A stretch of 64,000 nucleotides of DNA from a bacterium (GCA_043820875.1 JBDRDI010000034.1:11318-75317); one strand, 5' to 3'. Positions 33,867-44,880 are shown, counted from the stretch's first letter. Numbers and translations: made by a program. The notes: a model not told the origin generated them from the letters alone.

Positions 33867-36248
33867 ATGTCTAATTACATAAAATTTTTTGATGAGCTTT
33901 CAAACAAAAATGTGCCACAGGTGGGTGGTAAAAACGCTTCGCTTGGTGAAATGTATAGAAAGCTTATTCCTGAAGGCGTGAAAGTGCCAAATGGATTTGC
34001 CACTACTTCTTTTGGATATAATCATTTTATGAAAGATACTGGTTTGCGAGAAGAGATAAAGAAGATATTGAAAGGACTTAATACTCATAATGTTGTGGAT
34101 TTAATGAGGCGGGGAGCAAAAGTAAGAAAAGTAATTTTAAGAGCAGAATTGCCAGCAGAATTTCAAAAAGAAATTGCAACTGCATATAAAAAATTATCAA
34201 AACAATATAAGATGGCAAACGTTGACGTGGCAGTACGTTCATCTGCCACGGCTGAAGATTTGCCGGACGCGTCTTTTGCCGGTCAGCAAGAGACGTTTTT
34301 AAATATTACAGGAGAGGCAGACGTGGTGTTGGCCGTGAAGAGATGTATTGCTTCGCTTTTTACTAATCGAGCCATATCTTACCGCGTAGATAAAGGCTTT
34401 GATCATTTTGAAATTGCTTTGTCTGCCGGTGTTCAAAAAATGGTAAGGTCTGATTTGGCCAGCTCGGGCGTGATGTTTTCTATTGACACAGAGTCAGGTT
34501 TTTCTAATGCGGTTTTAATTAATTCAATTTATGGCTTGGGTGAAAACATTGTGCAGGGCAAAGTAAATCCGGATGAGTTTTATGTATTTAAACCAACCGG
34601 CACCATTATTTCAAGATCAATCGGCAAGAAAGCTTTAAGAATGGTTTATAATACCAAGGGAAAAAATCCGGTTAAAGATATTCCGGTTAACGAGGCAGAC
34701 AGAGAAAAGCCATCAATTACTGACGCTCAAGTAAAGAAATTGGCTGAGTGGGCCATAATTATTGAAAAACATTATCAGCGACCAATGGATATGGAATGGG
34801 CTTTGGACGGAAAAGATAATCAATTATATATTGTGCAGGCTAGACCGGAAACAGTGCAGAGCCAGCGCGATGTAAATGTTGTTGAAAAATATAAATTAGA
34901 AAAACACAGTAAAGTAATTATTGCCGGACAAAGTGTTGGCAACAAAATTGGAGCAGGCGTGGCCAATAAAATAATGAGTATCAAGGATATTGAAAAATTT
35001 AAGAAAGGAGATGTCTTGGTGACTGATATGACTGATCCTGATTGGGAGCCGATTATGAAAATTGCTTCCGCTATTGTGACAGACAAGGGAGGTCGCACCT
35101 GCCATGCCGCGATTATTTCCAGAGAAATGGGAATTCCCTGTGTGGTCGGGACGGAAACTGTTTCTAAAAAAATTAAAACAGGACGAAAAGTTACTGTTTG
35201 TTGCGCGGAAGGGGAAGATGGAGTTGTCTATGAGGGCATTTTGCCATTTAAAGTATTGAAGACTAGCATAAAAAATCTAAAAAGGCCAAAAACAAAGATT
35301 ATGATGAATGTGGGCGAACCGGATCAAGCATTTTCTAATTCTTTCATTCCGAACGATGGTGTTGGTCTCGCGCGCATGGAATTTATTATTAATAATTATA
35401 TAAAAGTGCATCCCTTGGCCTTAATTAATTATAATAAACTAAAAGACACTGAAGTAAAAAAGAAGATAGACGAAATCACAGCAGGATATAGTAATAAAAA
35501 AGAATTTTTTATAAACAAAATGGCTGAAGGCGTGGCCATGATTGCAGCCGCCTTTTATCCCAAAGACGTGATTATTCGTTTATCAGATTTTAAATCAAAC
35601 GAATATGCAAATTTGTTGGGTGGAAAAGAATATGAACCAGAAGAATCAAACCCAATGCTTGGCTACCGCGGAGCGAGCCGTTATTACTCTCCAAAATTTT
35701 TGCCGGCATTTGAATTGGAGTGCCAAGCCTTGCGAAAGGTTCGAGACAAGCTGGGTCTTACAAATTTAAAAATTATGATTCCATTTTGCCGAACCGTGGA
35801 GGAAGGAAAGAAAGTTATGGAAATTATGGCCAAGTATGGATTGAAAAGAGGAGTAAACGGATTGGAAATTTATGTGATGGCGGAAATTCCAACGAATATT
35901 ATTCTGGCGCATGAATTTGCAAAGCACTTTGACGGATTTTCCATCGGCTCCAACGACCTCACTCAACTCACTCTCGGAATTGATCGCGACTCGGCCGGCT
36001 CTTTGGAGATTGCCGGAGTTTCCAATGAAAAAAATACGGCTGTAAAAACTTTGATAAAATATTTGATTGAAGTTGGCAAAAAAACCAAGACCAAGGTCGG
36101 CATCTGTGGCCAAGCCCCGAGCGACTTTCCTGATTTTGCCGAATTTTTGGTGGAGTGCGGAATTGATTCAATCTCTCTCACGCCGGATACTGTTATCAGC
36201 ACGACCATCGCGGTGAATAAAAAAGAAGTGGGGATGAAGAGAAAATAG
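33867..36248 (+). CDS. ppsA: Phosphoenolpyruvate synthase (pyruvate, water dikinase)
   Basis: VGGKNASLGEM, phospho-His motif GGRTCHAAIISREMGIPCVVG, and a C-terminal PEP-utilising TIM barrel. Confidence 0.95.
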   Translation: MSNYIKFFDELSNKNVPQVGGKNASLGEMYRKLIPEGVKVPNGFATTSFGYNHFMKDTGLREEIKKILKGLNTHNVVDLMRRGAKVRKVILRAELPAEFQKEIATAYKKLSKQYKMANVDVAVRSSATAEDLPDASFAGQQETFLNITGEADVVLAVKRCIASLFTNRAISYRVDKGFDHFEIALSAGVQKMVRSDLASSGVMFSIDTESGFSNAVLINSIYGLGENIVQGKVNPDEFYVFKPTGTIISRSIGKKALRMVYNTKGKNPVKDIPVNEADREKPSITDAQVKKLAEWAIIIEKHYQRPMDMEWALDGKDNQLYIVQARPETVQSQRDVNVVEKYKLEKHSKVIIAGQSVGNKIGAGVANKIMSIKDIEKFKKGDVLVTDMTDPDWEPIMKIASAIVTDKGGRTCHAAIISREMGIPCVVGTETVSKKIKTGRKVTVCCAEGEDGVVYEGILPFKVLKTSIKNLKRPKTKIMMNVGEPDQAFSNSFIPNDGVGLARMEFIINNYIKVHPLALINYNKLKDTEVKKKIDEITAGYSNKKEFFINKMAEGVAMIAAAFYPKDVIIRLSDFKSNEYANLLGGKEYEPEESNPMLGYRGASRYYSPKFLPAFELECQALRKVRDKLGLTNLKIMIPFCRTVEEGKKVMEIMAKYGLKRGVNGLEIYVMAEIPTNIILAHEFAKHFDGFSIGSNDLTQLTLGIDRDSAGSLEIAGVSNEKNTAVKTLIKYLIEVGKKTKTKVGICGQAPSDFPDFAEFLVECGIDSISLTPDTVISTTIAVNKKEVGMKRK

Positions 36249-36267
36249 AATATTTTAAATTTATTAA

Positions 36268-36296
36268 AAGAGGCACGAAATTTCGCGCCTTTTTTG
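36268..36296. terminator. Terminator between ppsA and tsaD
   Basis: aggcacgaaa/tttcgcgcct stem followed by T5. Confidence 0.6.
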
Positions 36297-36314
36297 TCTG
36301 AATCCTAAAAAATC

Positions 36315-37340
36315 TTAGTTCAAAGCAAGACAGCAATCAACTTTTAATTTTCGCCAGTCAGCGAATTTTTTATTGTGTGTTTTAAAACATCCGGCCGCGG
36401 CGATCATGGCTGCGTTGTCTGTTGTGTAGGCCAAATCCGGCATGACAAATTCTATGTCCGATTTTTTAACTGCTGAAGAGAGTTGCGCGCGCAGTTCGCG
36501 GTTCGCGGAAACGCCCCCTGAGAGCATGATTGTTTTTGCTTTGTATTTTTTGCTCGCGTTTATAGTTTTATGAATCAAAACATCAATCACGGCCTGTTGC
36601 AATTCGGCACAATACTCTGGAATTTTATTTTTCCAAAGTTTATCTTTTTGCAAAGCGTAACGAAGCGCGGTTTTGAGACCGGAAAAAGAAAAATCAAAGT
36701 TGGGAGAGTCCAACATCGGTCGCGGAAGTTTTGTGATATTTTTTTTCGCGCGCTTCGCGTATTCGGAAATAATCGGTCCGCCAGGATAGCCGATTTCCAT
36801 AAGTTTTGCGGATTTATCAAAAGCTTCACCGGCCGCGTCGTCGCGCGTTTCGCCGATTGTTTCTATCTTTCCATTCTTTTTCATTAAAGCAAGCAAGGTA
36901 TGTCCGCCCGACACTGTCAAAACAAGCGCTGGAAATTTTATTTTTCCATAATCGCCGATGAAATTGGCACGAATATGACCCTCAATATGATTGATACCGA
37001 CAACCGGCACGTTCCAGATGTATGACAAAGTCTTTGCCGTTTCAATTCCCGCGATTAAAGACGTGACCAATCCTGGTCCGATTGTCACTGCAATACAATC
37101 AATTTTTTTCGGCGCCTCGCTTTTTTTTATTTTCGCTTTTTCCAGCGCCTCATTGATAACCGGCAGAATATTCAAAACATGCTCCCGCGCCGCGACCTCG
37201 GGAACAACTCCGCCGTATTTTTTATGTATTTCAATTTGAGAAGAAACAATGTCGGATAATATCTTTATCTTTCCGTTTTTATGCTCCGCGATTGCGGCCG
37301 CGGTTTCATCACAACTTGTTTCTATGCCAAGTATTTTCAT
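36315..37340 (-). CDS. tsaD: tRNA N6-adenosine threonylcarbamoyltransferase TsaD
   Basis: ILGIETSCDETAAAI, HIEGH and SGGVSAN. Confidence 0.95.
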   Translation of the reverse strand: MKILGIETSCDETAAAIAEHKNGKIKILSDIVSSQIEIHKKYGGVVPEVAAREHVLNILPVINEALEKAKIKKSEAPKKIDCIAVTIGPGLVTSLIAGIETAKTLSYIWNVPVVGINHIEGHIRANFIGDYGKIKFPALVLTVSGGHTLLALMKKNGKIETIGETRDDAAGEAFDKSAKLMEIGYPGGPIISEYAKRAKKNITKLPRPMLDSPNFDFSFSGLKTALRYALQKDKLWKNKIPEYCAELQQAVIDVLIHKTINASKKYKAKTIMLSGGVSANRELRAQLSSAVKKSDIEFVMPDLAYTTDNAAMIAAAGCFKTHNKKFADWRKLKVDCCLALN

Positions 37341-37498
37341 ATTAATATTTAAGCATGAATTAGTTTTAAAGTAAAATAAAAACCCGAACGTTATTCTGTT
37401 CGGGCTCGAAGATTAAACCACCCAATTCACGCATCTATTAAAAATAAATAAGCGAATCGGAAAGTTTAAAATTATTTTGCCAATGAATTGTCCCCGCT

Positions 37499-37533
37499 GA
37501 CTTTCGACTTTCGACTTTTGGCTTTCGACTTCG
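37499..37533. repeat. Heptanucleotide tandem array (GACTTTC x5) in the 3' flank of tRNA-Glu
   Basis: gactttc gactttc gactttt ggctttc gacttcg, ending 3 nt from the tRNA 3' end. Confidence 0.8.
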
Positions 37534-37536
37534 TTG

Positions 37537-37608
37537 TGACGCCACGGGGAATCGAACCCCGATTACCAGGATGAAAACCTGGTGTCCTAACCGTTAGACG
37601 ATGGCGCC
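37537..37608 (-). tRNA. tRNA-Glu (anticodon UUC), CCA not encoded
   Basis: Manual cloverleaf: acceptor GGCGCCA/UGGCGUC, anticodon arm CCAGG-UUUUCAU-CCUGG, T arm CGGGG-UUCGAUU-CCCCG. Confidence 0.9.
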
Positions 37609-37769
37609 TTTTTATAAATAATAAAGTCCTTGAATAAGGACTAATGTGATTATAAGCCAAAAGAACGAGAAAGTCAATATATATGATGCAAATTTACGAA
37701 TGATGCACGAATCTACAAATATAAAATTATTCGTATATTTACAAATTTACATTGAATTTGCGGATTGGC

Positions 37770-38840
37770 TTATTTTAATTGTTCTTTAAACCAATCCACC
37801 CAAGGAATTTTTATCGGATCAACTTTGTTTAAAATGCCCAAGTAATACGTAATCCATCCGCCAAGCTGTAATAACTCAAAAGCTTGTTCCAGTTTTGTTT
37901 CGCCCCGAAGTTCGTGAGAAACAGTTTTGATTTTATTTTTTTCCGCGACTTGTTGGGTGAGCTTGCTTCTTTTTTGAATGCGCGGATTGTAAAGCGCGGA
38001 ATTGAAAAATACAAAGATTAAGTTCTTTTGATTATTTTTTGGATTAGAAAGTCCTTCCATGGTGTAATGATTCAGTTCGGGGAGAGTAAGGTAGCTTGCG
38101 AAATTTTTGGAGCTTTCGCAAGTCTGATTTCTGATCACATGCAGGTTACCACTCAAAAATTCAGCGCCAACATAAATCGCTTCTCGTCCGTGAATGCTTT
38201 GCGCCAACTGTTTGGCAATATTATTTTTTGTTTTTATTTCCAAACCCAATTGTTCGCCCCACGCTTTCATTTTATTCAAAATAACGTTCATCTCATCATT
38301 ACCTAATTTAAAAACGCCTGCTTTTGCGAGCATACTCATTATGCCAAAAACACCGTATCCCACGCCAAGACGTGGTTGATTGGACGGATTCTCTTTTGGC
38401 AAAAAACGATATCCGGGAATATTATGCTCATCCATTATCTTTGCTAATTTATTTTCACTGTCCGAAGTAATGGTCAAAATTTTCGCGCCTCTTTTTTCCA
38501 CTTCCGAAAAAACAGAAATCGGCTCTTCGGTTGTGCCGGAGTAGGAAGAAATAATATAAAGAGTTTTGTCATCCACATGATTTGGCACGGAATATCCAGG
38601 GCAGATTTCCAGCGGAATTTTCAACTTATCTTCCAACGCCGCTTGAATAAGGCGCGCGCCCAAGTTTGAACCGCCCATGCCATTGACGACAACATGCGTG
38701 ATGTTTTTATAGTCTTCCGGAATAACAATGGAATCAATTTCTTCTTGAACATGTTTAATCTGCGCCGGCAAGCTTTCAATTGATTTGGCAACAACCAACT
38801 CTTTGTCCAATTTTTTGATTTTTTCAATATTGTCTAACAT
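37770..38840 (-). CDS. Bifunctional phosphoglucose/phosphomannose isomerase family protein (SIS domains)
   Basis: VVVNGMGGSNLGARL and ISSYSGTTEE. The size and C-terminal region are typical of the PGI/PMI family. Confidence 0.75.
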   Translation of the reverse strand: MLDNIEKIKKLDKELVVAKSIESLPAQIKHVQEEIDSIVIPEDYKNITHVVVNGMGGSNLGARLIQAALEDKLKIPLEICPGYSVPNHVDDKTLYIISSYSGTTEEPISVFSEVEKRGAKILTITSDSENKLAKIMDEHNIPGYRFLPKENPSNQPRLGVGYGVFGIMSMLAKAGVFKLGNDEMNVILNKMKAWGEQLGLEIKTKNNIAKQLAQSIHGREAIYVGAEFLSGNLHVIRNQTCESSKNFASYLTLPELNHYTMEGLSNPKNNQKNLIFVFFNSALYNPRIQKRSKLTQQVAEKNKIKTVSHELRGETKLEQAFELLQLGGWITYYLGILNKVDPIKIPWVDWFKEQLK

Positions 38841-39045
38841 AATTTTATTTTAGCATAGTTAAGGATAAAGTTTAAATAAAATTTATTTTGCTTAACAAGC
38901 CATATCCAAACTATTTGATTCCTTCTTTTTGCATTATATAATGATTCATCCCGCTTTGGCAAATAAGAATTATAAAAATATTCTATTGCTTTTTGTTTAA
39001 TTAAATGTTAAATTCTGTTATAATATTAATACTTTATACTTTTGT

Positions 39046-39768
39046 ATGTCCGGACATTCTAAATGGTCAAAAATTAAAAGGAAAAAAGGTACTGCTGATG
39101 TAAAGCGGGGAACTTTATTTACAAAGTTGGGTAAATTGATAACTATGGTGGCCAGAGATAAAGGTGGGGATTTAGATACAAATTTTGCTTTGCGCATGGC
39201 CGTGGAAAAAGCTCGCGGAGCGAATATGCCGAAAGAAAATATTGAAAGAGCGATCAAAAAAGGTATTGGAGGAACAGACGGGGAGCAAATTCAAGAATAT
39301 ATTTATGAAGGAGTAGGGCCACTTGGCTCACAGTTTATTGTTAAAGCTTTGTCAGATAATAGAAACAGAAGTGCTTCGGAAATTCGCCATATTTTTTCCA
39401 AACACGGCGGATCATTATCCGCGGTAATGTGGAATTTTGAGCTGAAAGGAGTGATTGAGATAGATAAAAAAAAGTTAAAAGAAAAAAATATAAAAACAGA
39501 CGAGTTTGAATTGGAATTGATTGAAGCCGGCGCGGACGATATTAAGACTAACGAGGATGTAATAATTGTTTTGACCAAGGCGGGAGACTTACAAAGCGTG
39601 AAAAAGTTTTTGGAAGAAAAGGGTGTTGAAACAGAAAGCGCGGAAATTGAATATGCTGCCAAAGAAGAAGTTGAAATTTCCGAATCGGACCGCGAAAAGA
39701 TTGAAAGTTTTATTGAAGAATTAGAAGACAATGAAGATGTGGGGGATTATTACACTAACGTGAAATAA
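39046..39768 (+). CDS. yebC: YebC/PmpR family DNA-binding regulator
   Basis: MSGHSKWSKIKRKKG...KLGKLITMVARDKGGD. Confidence 0.9.
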   Translation: MSGHSKWSKIKRKKGTADVKRGTLFTKLGKLITMVARDKGGDLDTNFALRMAVEKARGANMPKENIERAIKKGIGGTDGEQIQEYIYEGVGPLGSQFIVKALSDNRNRSASEIRHIFSKHGGSLSAVMWNFELKGVIEIDKKKLKEKNIKTDEFELELIEAGADDIKTNEDVIIVLTKAGDLQSVKKFLEEKGVETESAEIEYAAKEEVEISESDREKIESFIEELEDNEDVGDYYTNVK

Positions 39769-39794
39769 TCATCAGTCATCAATATTTTATTATT

Positions 39795-40283
39795 ATGAAA
39801 AAAATAATTTTGGGAATTGATCCAGGCATTGCCGATACCGGTTTTGGGGTTATTGAAAAAGATGAAAGAAGTAAATTAAAATGCCTTTGCTACGGTTCAA
39901 TAAAAACAAAAGCCAAGAGTCCCTTGCCTGACCGATTGGAAAAATTAAGCGTAGAATTGGATGAAATAATAAAAAAATATAAACCCGATTTGATTGCGGT
40001 GGAGCAATTGTTTTTTTGTAAGAACGTAAAGACAGCATTGATTGTTGGGCACGCGCGCGGAGTGGTTTTGCTTATTGCCAGAAAAAATAAAACGCAGATT
40101 ACGGAATTTACTCCGTTGCAAATCAAGCAAGCAGTATCTTCTTATGGTCGCTCCGAAAAAGCGCAAGTTCAAAAAATGGTGAAATTAATATTAAATTTAA
40201 AAGAAATACCAAAACCGGATGACGCAGCCGACGCTTTAGCAGCGGCCATCTGCGCGTCCTCTCAAATATGCAAAAAAAATTAA
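39795..40283 (+). CDS. ruvC: Holliday junction resolvase RuvC
   Basis: ILGIDPGIADTGFGVI, AVEQLFF and a C-terminal DAADALAAAIC. Confidence 0.9.
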   Translation: MKKIILGIDPGIADTGFGVIEKDERSKLKCLCYGSIKTKAKSPLPDRLEKLSVELDEIIKKYKPDLIAVEQLFFCKNVKTALIVGHARGVVLLIARKNKTQITEFTPLQIKQAVSSYGRSEKAQVQKMVKLILNLKEIPKPDDAADALAAAICASSQICKKN

Positions 40284-41743
40284 AAATAGTTTCCATATCT
40301 TCCGAACTCTCACCGTTTTTCAAGGCGGGAGGGTTGGCTGATGTCTGTCGCAGTTTGCCGAAAGCTTTAAAGAGATTGGGACACGATGTTATTGCCATTA
40401 CACCTCTTTACGGCAAAATAATTGATGTGAAAAAAAATAATTTCAAGCTCATTTATGAAAACGTGGAAATTTTTTTGAATTCGAAAGAGTCCATAAAAGT
40501 AAATTATTGGAAAGGATATTCAATGAAAGGCCTGCCGGTTTATTTTATTGAAAATAAAAAATATTTTTCACAAAAAGTAAATCTTTATGGCTCAAAGCAT
40601 GAAAATGTTCGTTTTTTGATTTTTGATGTTGCGGCCTTGAAGCTTTTGTCGCTCTTAAAGTTTGAAGCAGACATTGTCCATTGCCATGATTGGCCAACAG
40701 GACTTATCCCTTTTTATTTAAAAACCGATTTTAGATATTCAAAAACTTTGAGAAACGCCAAAACGGTTTTTACCATTCATAATTTGGTTTTTCAAATGGG
40801 CATGAACTGGTGGGAAGTGCCTGTTGAAAAAAAAGATGACGGAAAAAAAAGAATTCCTCATATTGGCGATCCCAACATTGAATATATAAATTTTGTAAAA
40901 AGAGCCATTCTTTCGGCAGATATTATCAGTACGGTTAGCGAGCAATACCGTGAGGAAATTATGACCAAGAATTTCGGCCAAGCCTTGCAAAAGATTTTAA
41001 AAAATCGTGAAGATAGATTATTTGGTATTATTAACGGTATTGATTATAACGCCTATAATCCGGAAAAGGATAAAGGAATTTATAGAAAATATAATCATAA
41101 AAAAATACACCGGAAAAAATTAAACAAAGAATATCTGCAAAAAAAATTCGGTTTGCCGGTTGACGCCGATATCCCGATAATAGCCGCCACTTCGCGCGTG
41201 ACTTTTCAAAAGGGATTTACATTGATTTTGGAAATTATAGATTCGCTTTTAAAATTGGAAATGCAGTTTATCGTTATCGGCGCCGGCAGTAAAGATTATA
41301 TAAGCGCTTTAAAAAAAGCGGAAAAGAAATATCCAAAAAAACTTGTGGTCATTCCGTCTCATGAAGAAAATCAAAAATATGAAACATTGGTTTACGCCGG
41401 TTCGGATTTCTTTCTCTTGCCTTCGCACCACGAACCTTGTGGCATCAACCAGCTGATTGCCATGCGCTACGGATGCGTGCCGATTGTGCGAAAGGTTGGA
41501 GGATTGCGTGATACGGTAAAGAATTTTGATCCGACCATAAACAAAGGCACGGGATTTTCTTTTGCGCAATTTGATAAATTTTTATTGTTTGGAGCCATTG
41601 AACGCGCTTTGGAAACATATAAGCATAAACACATTTGGAGAAATATTGTTGTCCATTGTATGAAAGAATCAAGCTCGTGGGAAATCCCGGCCAAAAAATA
41701 CGTCGCGCTTTTTAGAAAAGCGATGCGTTTTGAGAAAAAATAA
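40268..41743 (+). CDS. glgA: Glycogen/starch synthase (GT5), copy 1
   Basis: SELSPFFKAGGLADV, HCHDW, the C-terminal GT-B motif PSHHEPCGINQL, and GGLRDTV. It overlaps ruvC by 16 nt. Confidence 0.9.
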   Translation: MQKKLKIVSISSELSPFFKAGGLADVCRSLPKALKRLGHDVIAITPLYGKIIDVKKNNFKLIYENVEIFLNSKESIKVNYWKGYSMKGLPVYFIENKKYFSQKVNLYGSKHENVRFLIFDVAALKLLSLLKFEADIVHCHDWPTGLIPFYLKTDFRYSKTLRNAKTVFTIHNLVFQMGMNWWEVPVEKKDDGKKRIPHIGDPNIEYINFVKRAILSADIISTVSEQYREEIMTKNFGQALQKILKNREDRLFGIINGIDYNAYNPEKDKGIYRKYNHKKIHRKKLNKEYLQKKFGLPVDADIPIIAATSRVTFQKGFTLILEIIDSLLKLEMQFIVIGAGSKDYISALKKAEKKYPKKLVVIPSHEENQKYETLVYAGSDFFLLPSHHEPCGINQLIAMRYGCVPIVRKVGGLRDTVKNFDPTINKGTGFSFAQFDKFLLFGAIERALETYKHKHIWRNIVVHCMKESSSWEIPAKKYVALFRKAMRFEKK

Positions 41744-41746
41744 TTT

Positions 41747-42910
41747 ATGCGTTGGATAAATTTTTTACATTGCTACCAGCCGGCAAACAGTAGCGCTCAG
41801 ATGATTGAAGAGGCGACTGAAAAAAGCTATATGCGGATTGTTCGCGCGCTGGAAGAGCATGATAATATAAAATTTAATATGAACATCAATGGATGTTTGT
41901 TTTTGCGCTGGGAAGAATTGGGCTACGGAGATTTAATCAAAAGAATAAAAAATTTAGTGGAAAAGAAAAAAATTGAATTGACCGGCACAGCTTGTTATCA
42001 CCCCCTCTTGCCTCTTGTCCCGAAAGAAGAGATTGAGGCGCAGATTGAAGAAAATGAAACAATTTTAAAAAAACATTTTGGAAAAGATTTTAAGCCCTTT
42101 GGATTTTTTCTGCCTGAGATGGCTTATAGCAAAGAAGCCGCCAGAGTTATCAGAAAAAAAGGATATAAGTGGATTATTTTGGACGAGATTGCCTATGACG
42201 GCAGATTGAATCAGCCACCAAACAATAAAATTTATCTGGACAAGGCCAGTGGATTAAAAGTGATTTTTCGTCAGCGCGCATTATCCAATAAATATGTTCC
42301 GGAAGCCATATTGAAACAACTTGAAGAAGATGAGGATAATTTGGCGATTACGGCGACTGACGGAGAGCTTTATGGATTTCGGCACATGGATCACACAGCT
42401 GAATTTGAAAAACTTTTAAAAAATAAAAATTTACGCACTGAGTTGATTAGCGATTTTATTTCCGATAATGAAGACAGGGAAATAAAAATTGTTCCTTGCA
42501 GTTGGGAATCAACCGAAGAAGATTTGCAAGACGGCCAGCCGTACGCTCTATGGATTAACAGCAAAAATCAAATTCAAAAAAAACTTTGGCAATTGGCGGA
42601 ATTGGCTTATCGGGAAGTTGACGCGCATCGGGCGGATAAAAATTATGATTGGGCTCGGTGGCACCTCTCTCGCGGTTTGGCCAGCTGTACTTTTTGGTGG
42701 GCGTCCGAGAGGGATTTCAGAAAAACTTTCGGACCTTTGGCTTGGAATCCTGATGAGATAGAGCGCGGAGCGAACGATTTATTGCGTGCCATCCGATCTT
42801 TGGACGAAAAAAGCACCTTGTCCGCGAAAGTTCAAGCGGAAAAAATTTTTGCAGATATGCTGGAAAAAATTTGGGAAAAGCATTGGACGCGGTATTGGCG
42901 GGTTGTCTGA
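41747..42910 (+). CDS. Glycoside hydrolase family 57-like protein
   Basis: N-terminal INFLHCYQPAN, FLPEMAYS and ATDGELYGF resemble GH57 conserved regions. At 387 aa it is short for a GH57 branching enzyme. Confidence 0.65.
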   Translation: MRWINFLHCYQPANSSAQMIEEATEKSYMRIVRALEEHDNIKFNMNINGCLFLRWEELGYGDLIKRIKNLVEKKKIELTGTACYHPLLPLVPKEEIEAQIEENETILKKHFGKDFKPFGFFLPEMAYSKEAARVIRKKGYKWIILDEIAYDGRLNQPPNNKIYLDKASGLKVIFRQRALSNKYVPEAILKQLEEDEDNLAITATDGELYGFRHMDHTAEFEKLLKNKNLRTELISDFISDNEDREIKIVPCSWESTEEDLQDGQPYALWINSKNQIQKKLWQLAELAYREVDAHRADKNYDWARWHLSRGLASCTFWWASERDFRKTFGPLAWNPDEIERGANDLLRAIRSLDEKSTLSAKVQAEKIFADMLEKIWEKHWTRYWRVV

Positions 42911-42952
42911 ATCAGGATTCAAGACAAAAATAATCAAAATTTAGACAATTAT

Positions 42953-43987
42953 ATGAACATAATTTTAAATCTATTTGACGAAAAATACGTGATTGGTTTG
43001 TTCACGAAAGAAATTTTGCCGAAATATCCGGAATTCAAGAAAATTGAATCCGTCAAAATAAAAGGCCATAAAGAAATGATTTGGGAAAAAACCTATCATG
43101 TGGTTGTTGAATTCAGAACCGTTTTTTTGGCTCACGACGGCAAGAAAAAAACTTTGCCCATTTTTTGTTCGGCGCATAGTGAAGAGCCGAGAGAAAATGT
43201 TTATGTTGCTTTGGATTTTTTATGGAAACGCGGATTTGGCCGCGGATGTTTGACCATTCCGCACCCTTTGTTTTATTCAAAATATTTCAGAGCAGTTTTT
43301 TATAGGGGGGCGCCTGGAAATGATCTCTACCATTATATTGGAAAATCAGATTTTGAAAACATTGAGGCGGTAATTGTAAAGGCTGCTTTGTGGTTTTCCA
43401 AATTGCACAGCATTAACACGGTAGGCGCGGAAAATTTTAATAAAGAAAACAGCCGTATTCGAACAGTCTTTCCGGGAGTGGAACATATTTTTTTCAGAAT
43501 AAAAGAAGATTTTCCGGAATACTTTGATATTTATGAAAAATTTTATAAATTAGCGATTGAAAAAGAAGAAAAATTTTTAAATTCCGCTCCGAAGCACTGG
43601 TTGATTCACGGTGACGCGCATCCGGAAAATATTATTAGAATGGACAAGAAAAAAATCGCGGTAATTGATTTTACGGACATTTGTCTGGCGGATTTCGCCC
43701 GCGACCTCGGTTCTTTTTGTCAGCAGGTTGAATATATGTGTGATAGAAAAATCGCCGATAAGAGCTACGCGCAAAAAGCGAAAAATATTTTTTTGGAAAA
43801 CTATTTGAAAGATAGAAAAATAGAAATGGACGATAGTTTGCAAAAACGTATGGACATTTATTATTATTGGACTGCGATGCGCACTTCCACTTTCTTTTTG
43901 ATAAAAAGCGGAAACGAACCGGAAAGGGCTCGAAATTTGATTAGAAAAGTGAAAGAAGCAATCAGCGATGGGTTGTTTGATTTTTAA
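42953..43987 (+). CDS. APH-fold kinase (phosphotransferase family; maltokinase-like role possible)
   Basis: LIHGDAHPENII and AVIDFTD catalytic/Mg motifs. Confidence 0.65.
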   Translation: MNIILNLFDEKYVIGLFTKEILPKYPEFKKIESVKIKGHKEMIWEKTYHVVVEFRTVFLAHDGKKKTLPIFCSAHSEEPRENVYVALDFLWKRGFGRGCLTIPHPLFYSKYFRAVFYRGAPGNDLYHYIGKSDFENIEAVIVKAALWFSKLHSINTVGAENFNKENSRIRTVFPGVEHIFFRIKEDFPEYFDIYEKFYKLAIEKEEKFLNSAPKHWLIHGDAHPENIIRMDKKKIAVIDFTDICLADFARDLGSFCQQVEYMCDRKIADKSYAQKAKNIFLENYLKDRKIEMDDSLQKRMDIYYYWTAMRTSTFFLIKSGNEPERARNLIRKVKEAISDGLFDF

Positions 43988-44002
43988 AATAATTTTAATT
44001 TT

Positions 44003-44878
44003 ATGTTTATAGACTTACAGCTTCATTCAACTTATTCGGATGGATATTTGACGCCAACCGAATTGGCCGGATTTTGCGTTAAGAATAATATCAAGATTGC
44101 TTCGCTCACCGACCATAATACTGTGAGCGGTTTTGGCGAATTTAAAAACGCTTGCGCGCGAAAAGGTATTAAGCCGATTTGTGGAATGGAGCTTTATTGT
44201 AAATTGGCGCACAGAAGATTTAATATCCTTTGGTATAATTTTGAATATAAAAATCCGGAACTTCATAAAATGTTGCGTGACAGTCAAATAAGAAGAAGAA
44301 GATGTATGCGGTCGTTTTTACAAAAGCTTTCCAAGCGTGGTTTAAAAATTAATATTGACCGTGTACTTGATAAATACACTCATTATATTCCGATTAATCA
44401 CGTTATTGATGATATTATGGCTGAGAGTAGTAATGTAAAAAAAATAAAAAAACATTTTGGGAAAAAAATAATCAGAGAAGAAAATATTATTAAAGAATAT
44501 TTTTATAATAAAGAAATCGGCATACTTCGCGACAACCTTATTGATTTTAAAAAAATTGTGAGACTTCGAAAAGAAATCGGTGGACAGCTTGTTTTGTGCC
44601 ATCCGGCGAAACACCGCACGATTGATATCGTTTTTTGGGAGAAATTGAAGAAGCTTGGCTTGGATGGAATTGAAGTCCTGTCTCCGCATCATTCCGTTGG
44701 ATCGGTAATGGCTATTCAAAATTTTGCCAAAACGTCAGGACTTGTTGAAACCGGAGGATCTGATTTTCATCGGGTTGAAAGATCGGAATTCTCATTGCAA
44801 AATTCTTGGCAGTATTTTAAAATTGACGCGAAAAATTTAAGAGGCGTGGAGAAAGTGGTTGGGAAAATAAATAAGTAA
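44003..44878 (+). CDS. PHP-domain phosphoesterase
   Basis: MFIDLQLHSTYSDG...LTDHNTVSG...CHPAKH...GGSDFH. Confidence 0.75.
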   Translation: MFIDLQLHSTYSDGYLTPTELAGFCVKNNIKIASLTDHNTVSGFGEFKNACARKGIKPICGMELYCKLAHRRFNILWYNFEYKNPELHKMLRDSQIRRRRCMRSFLQKLSKRGLKINIDRVLDKYTHYIPINHVIDDIMAESSNVKKIKKHFGKKIIREENIIKEYFYNKEIGILRDNLIDFKKIVRLRKEIGGQLVLCHPAKHRTIDIVFWEKLKKLGLDGIEVLSPHHSVGSVMAIQNFAKTSGLVETGGSDFHRVERSEFSLQNSWQYFKIDAKNLRGVEKVVGKINK

Positions 44879-44880
44879 AA

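Noticed and set aside
37472-37660. 62-aa ORF on the minus strand
   Set aside because: It is entirely explained by tRNA-Glu plus the heptamer array, so it is a spurious translation.
38841-39045. Long AT-rich intergenic region before yebC as a possible ncRNA locus
   Set aside because: It contains only an extended -10 promoter (tgttataat at ~39017), and I could see no convincing conserved-looking structure.
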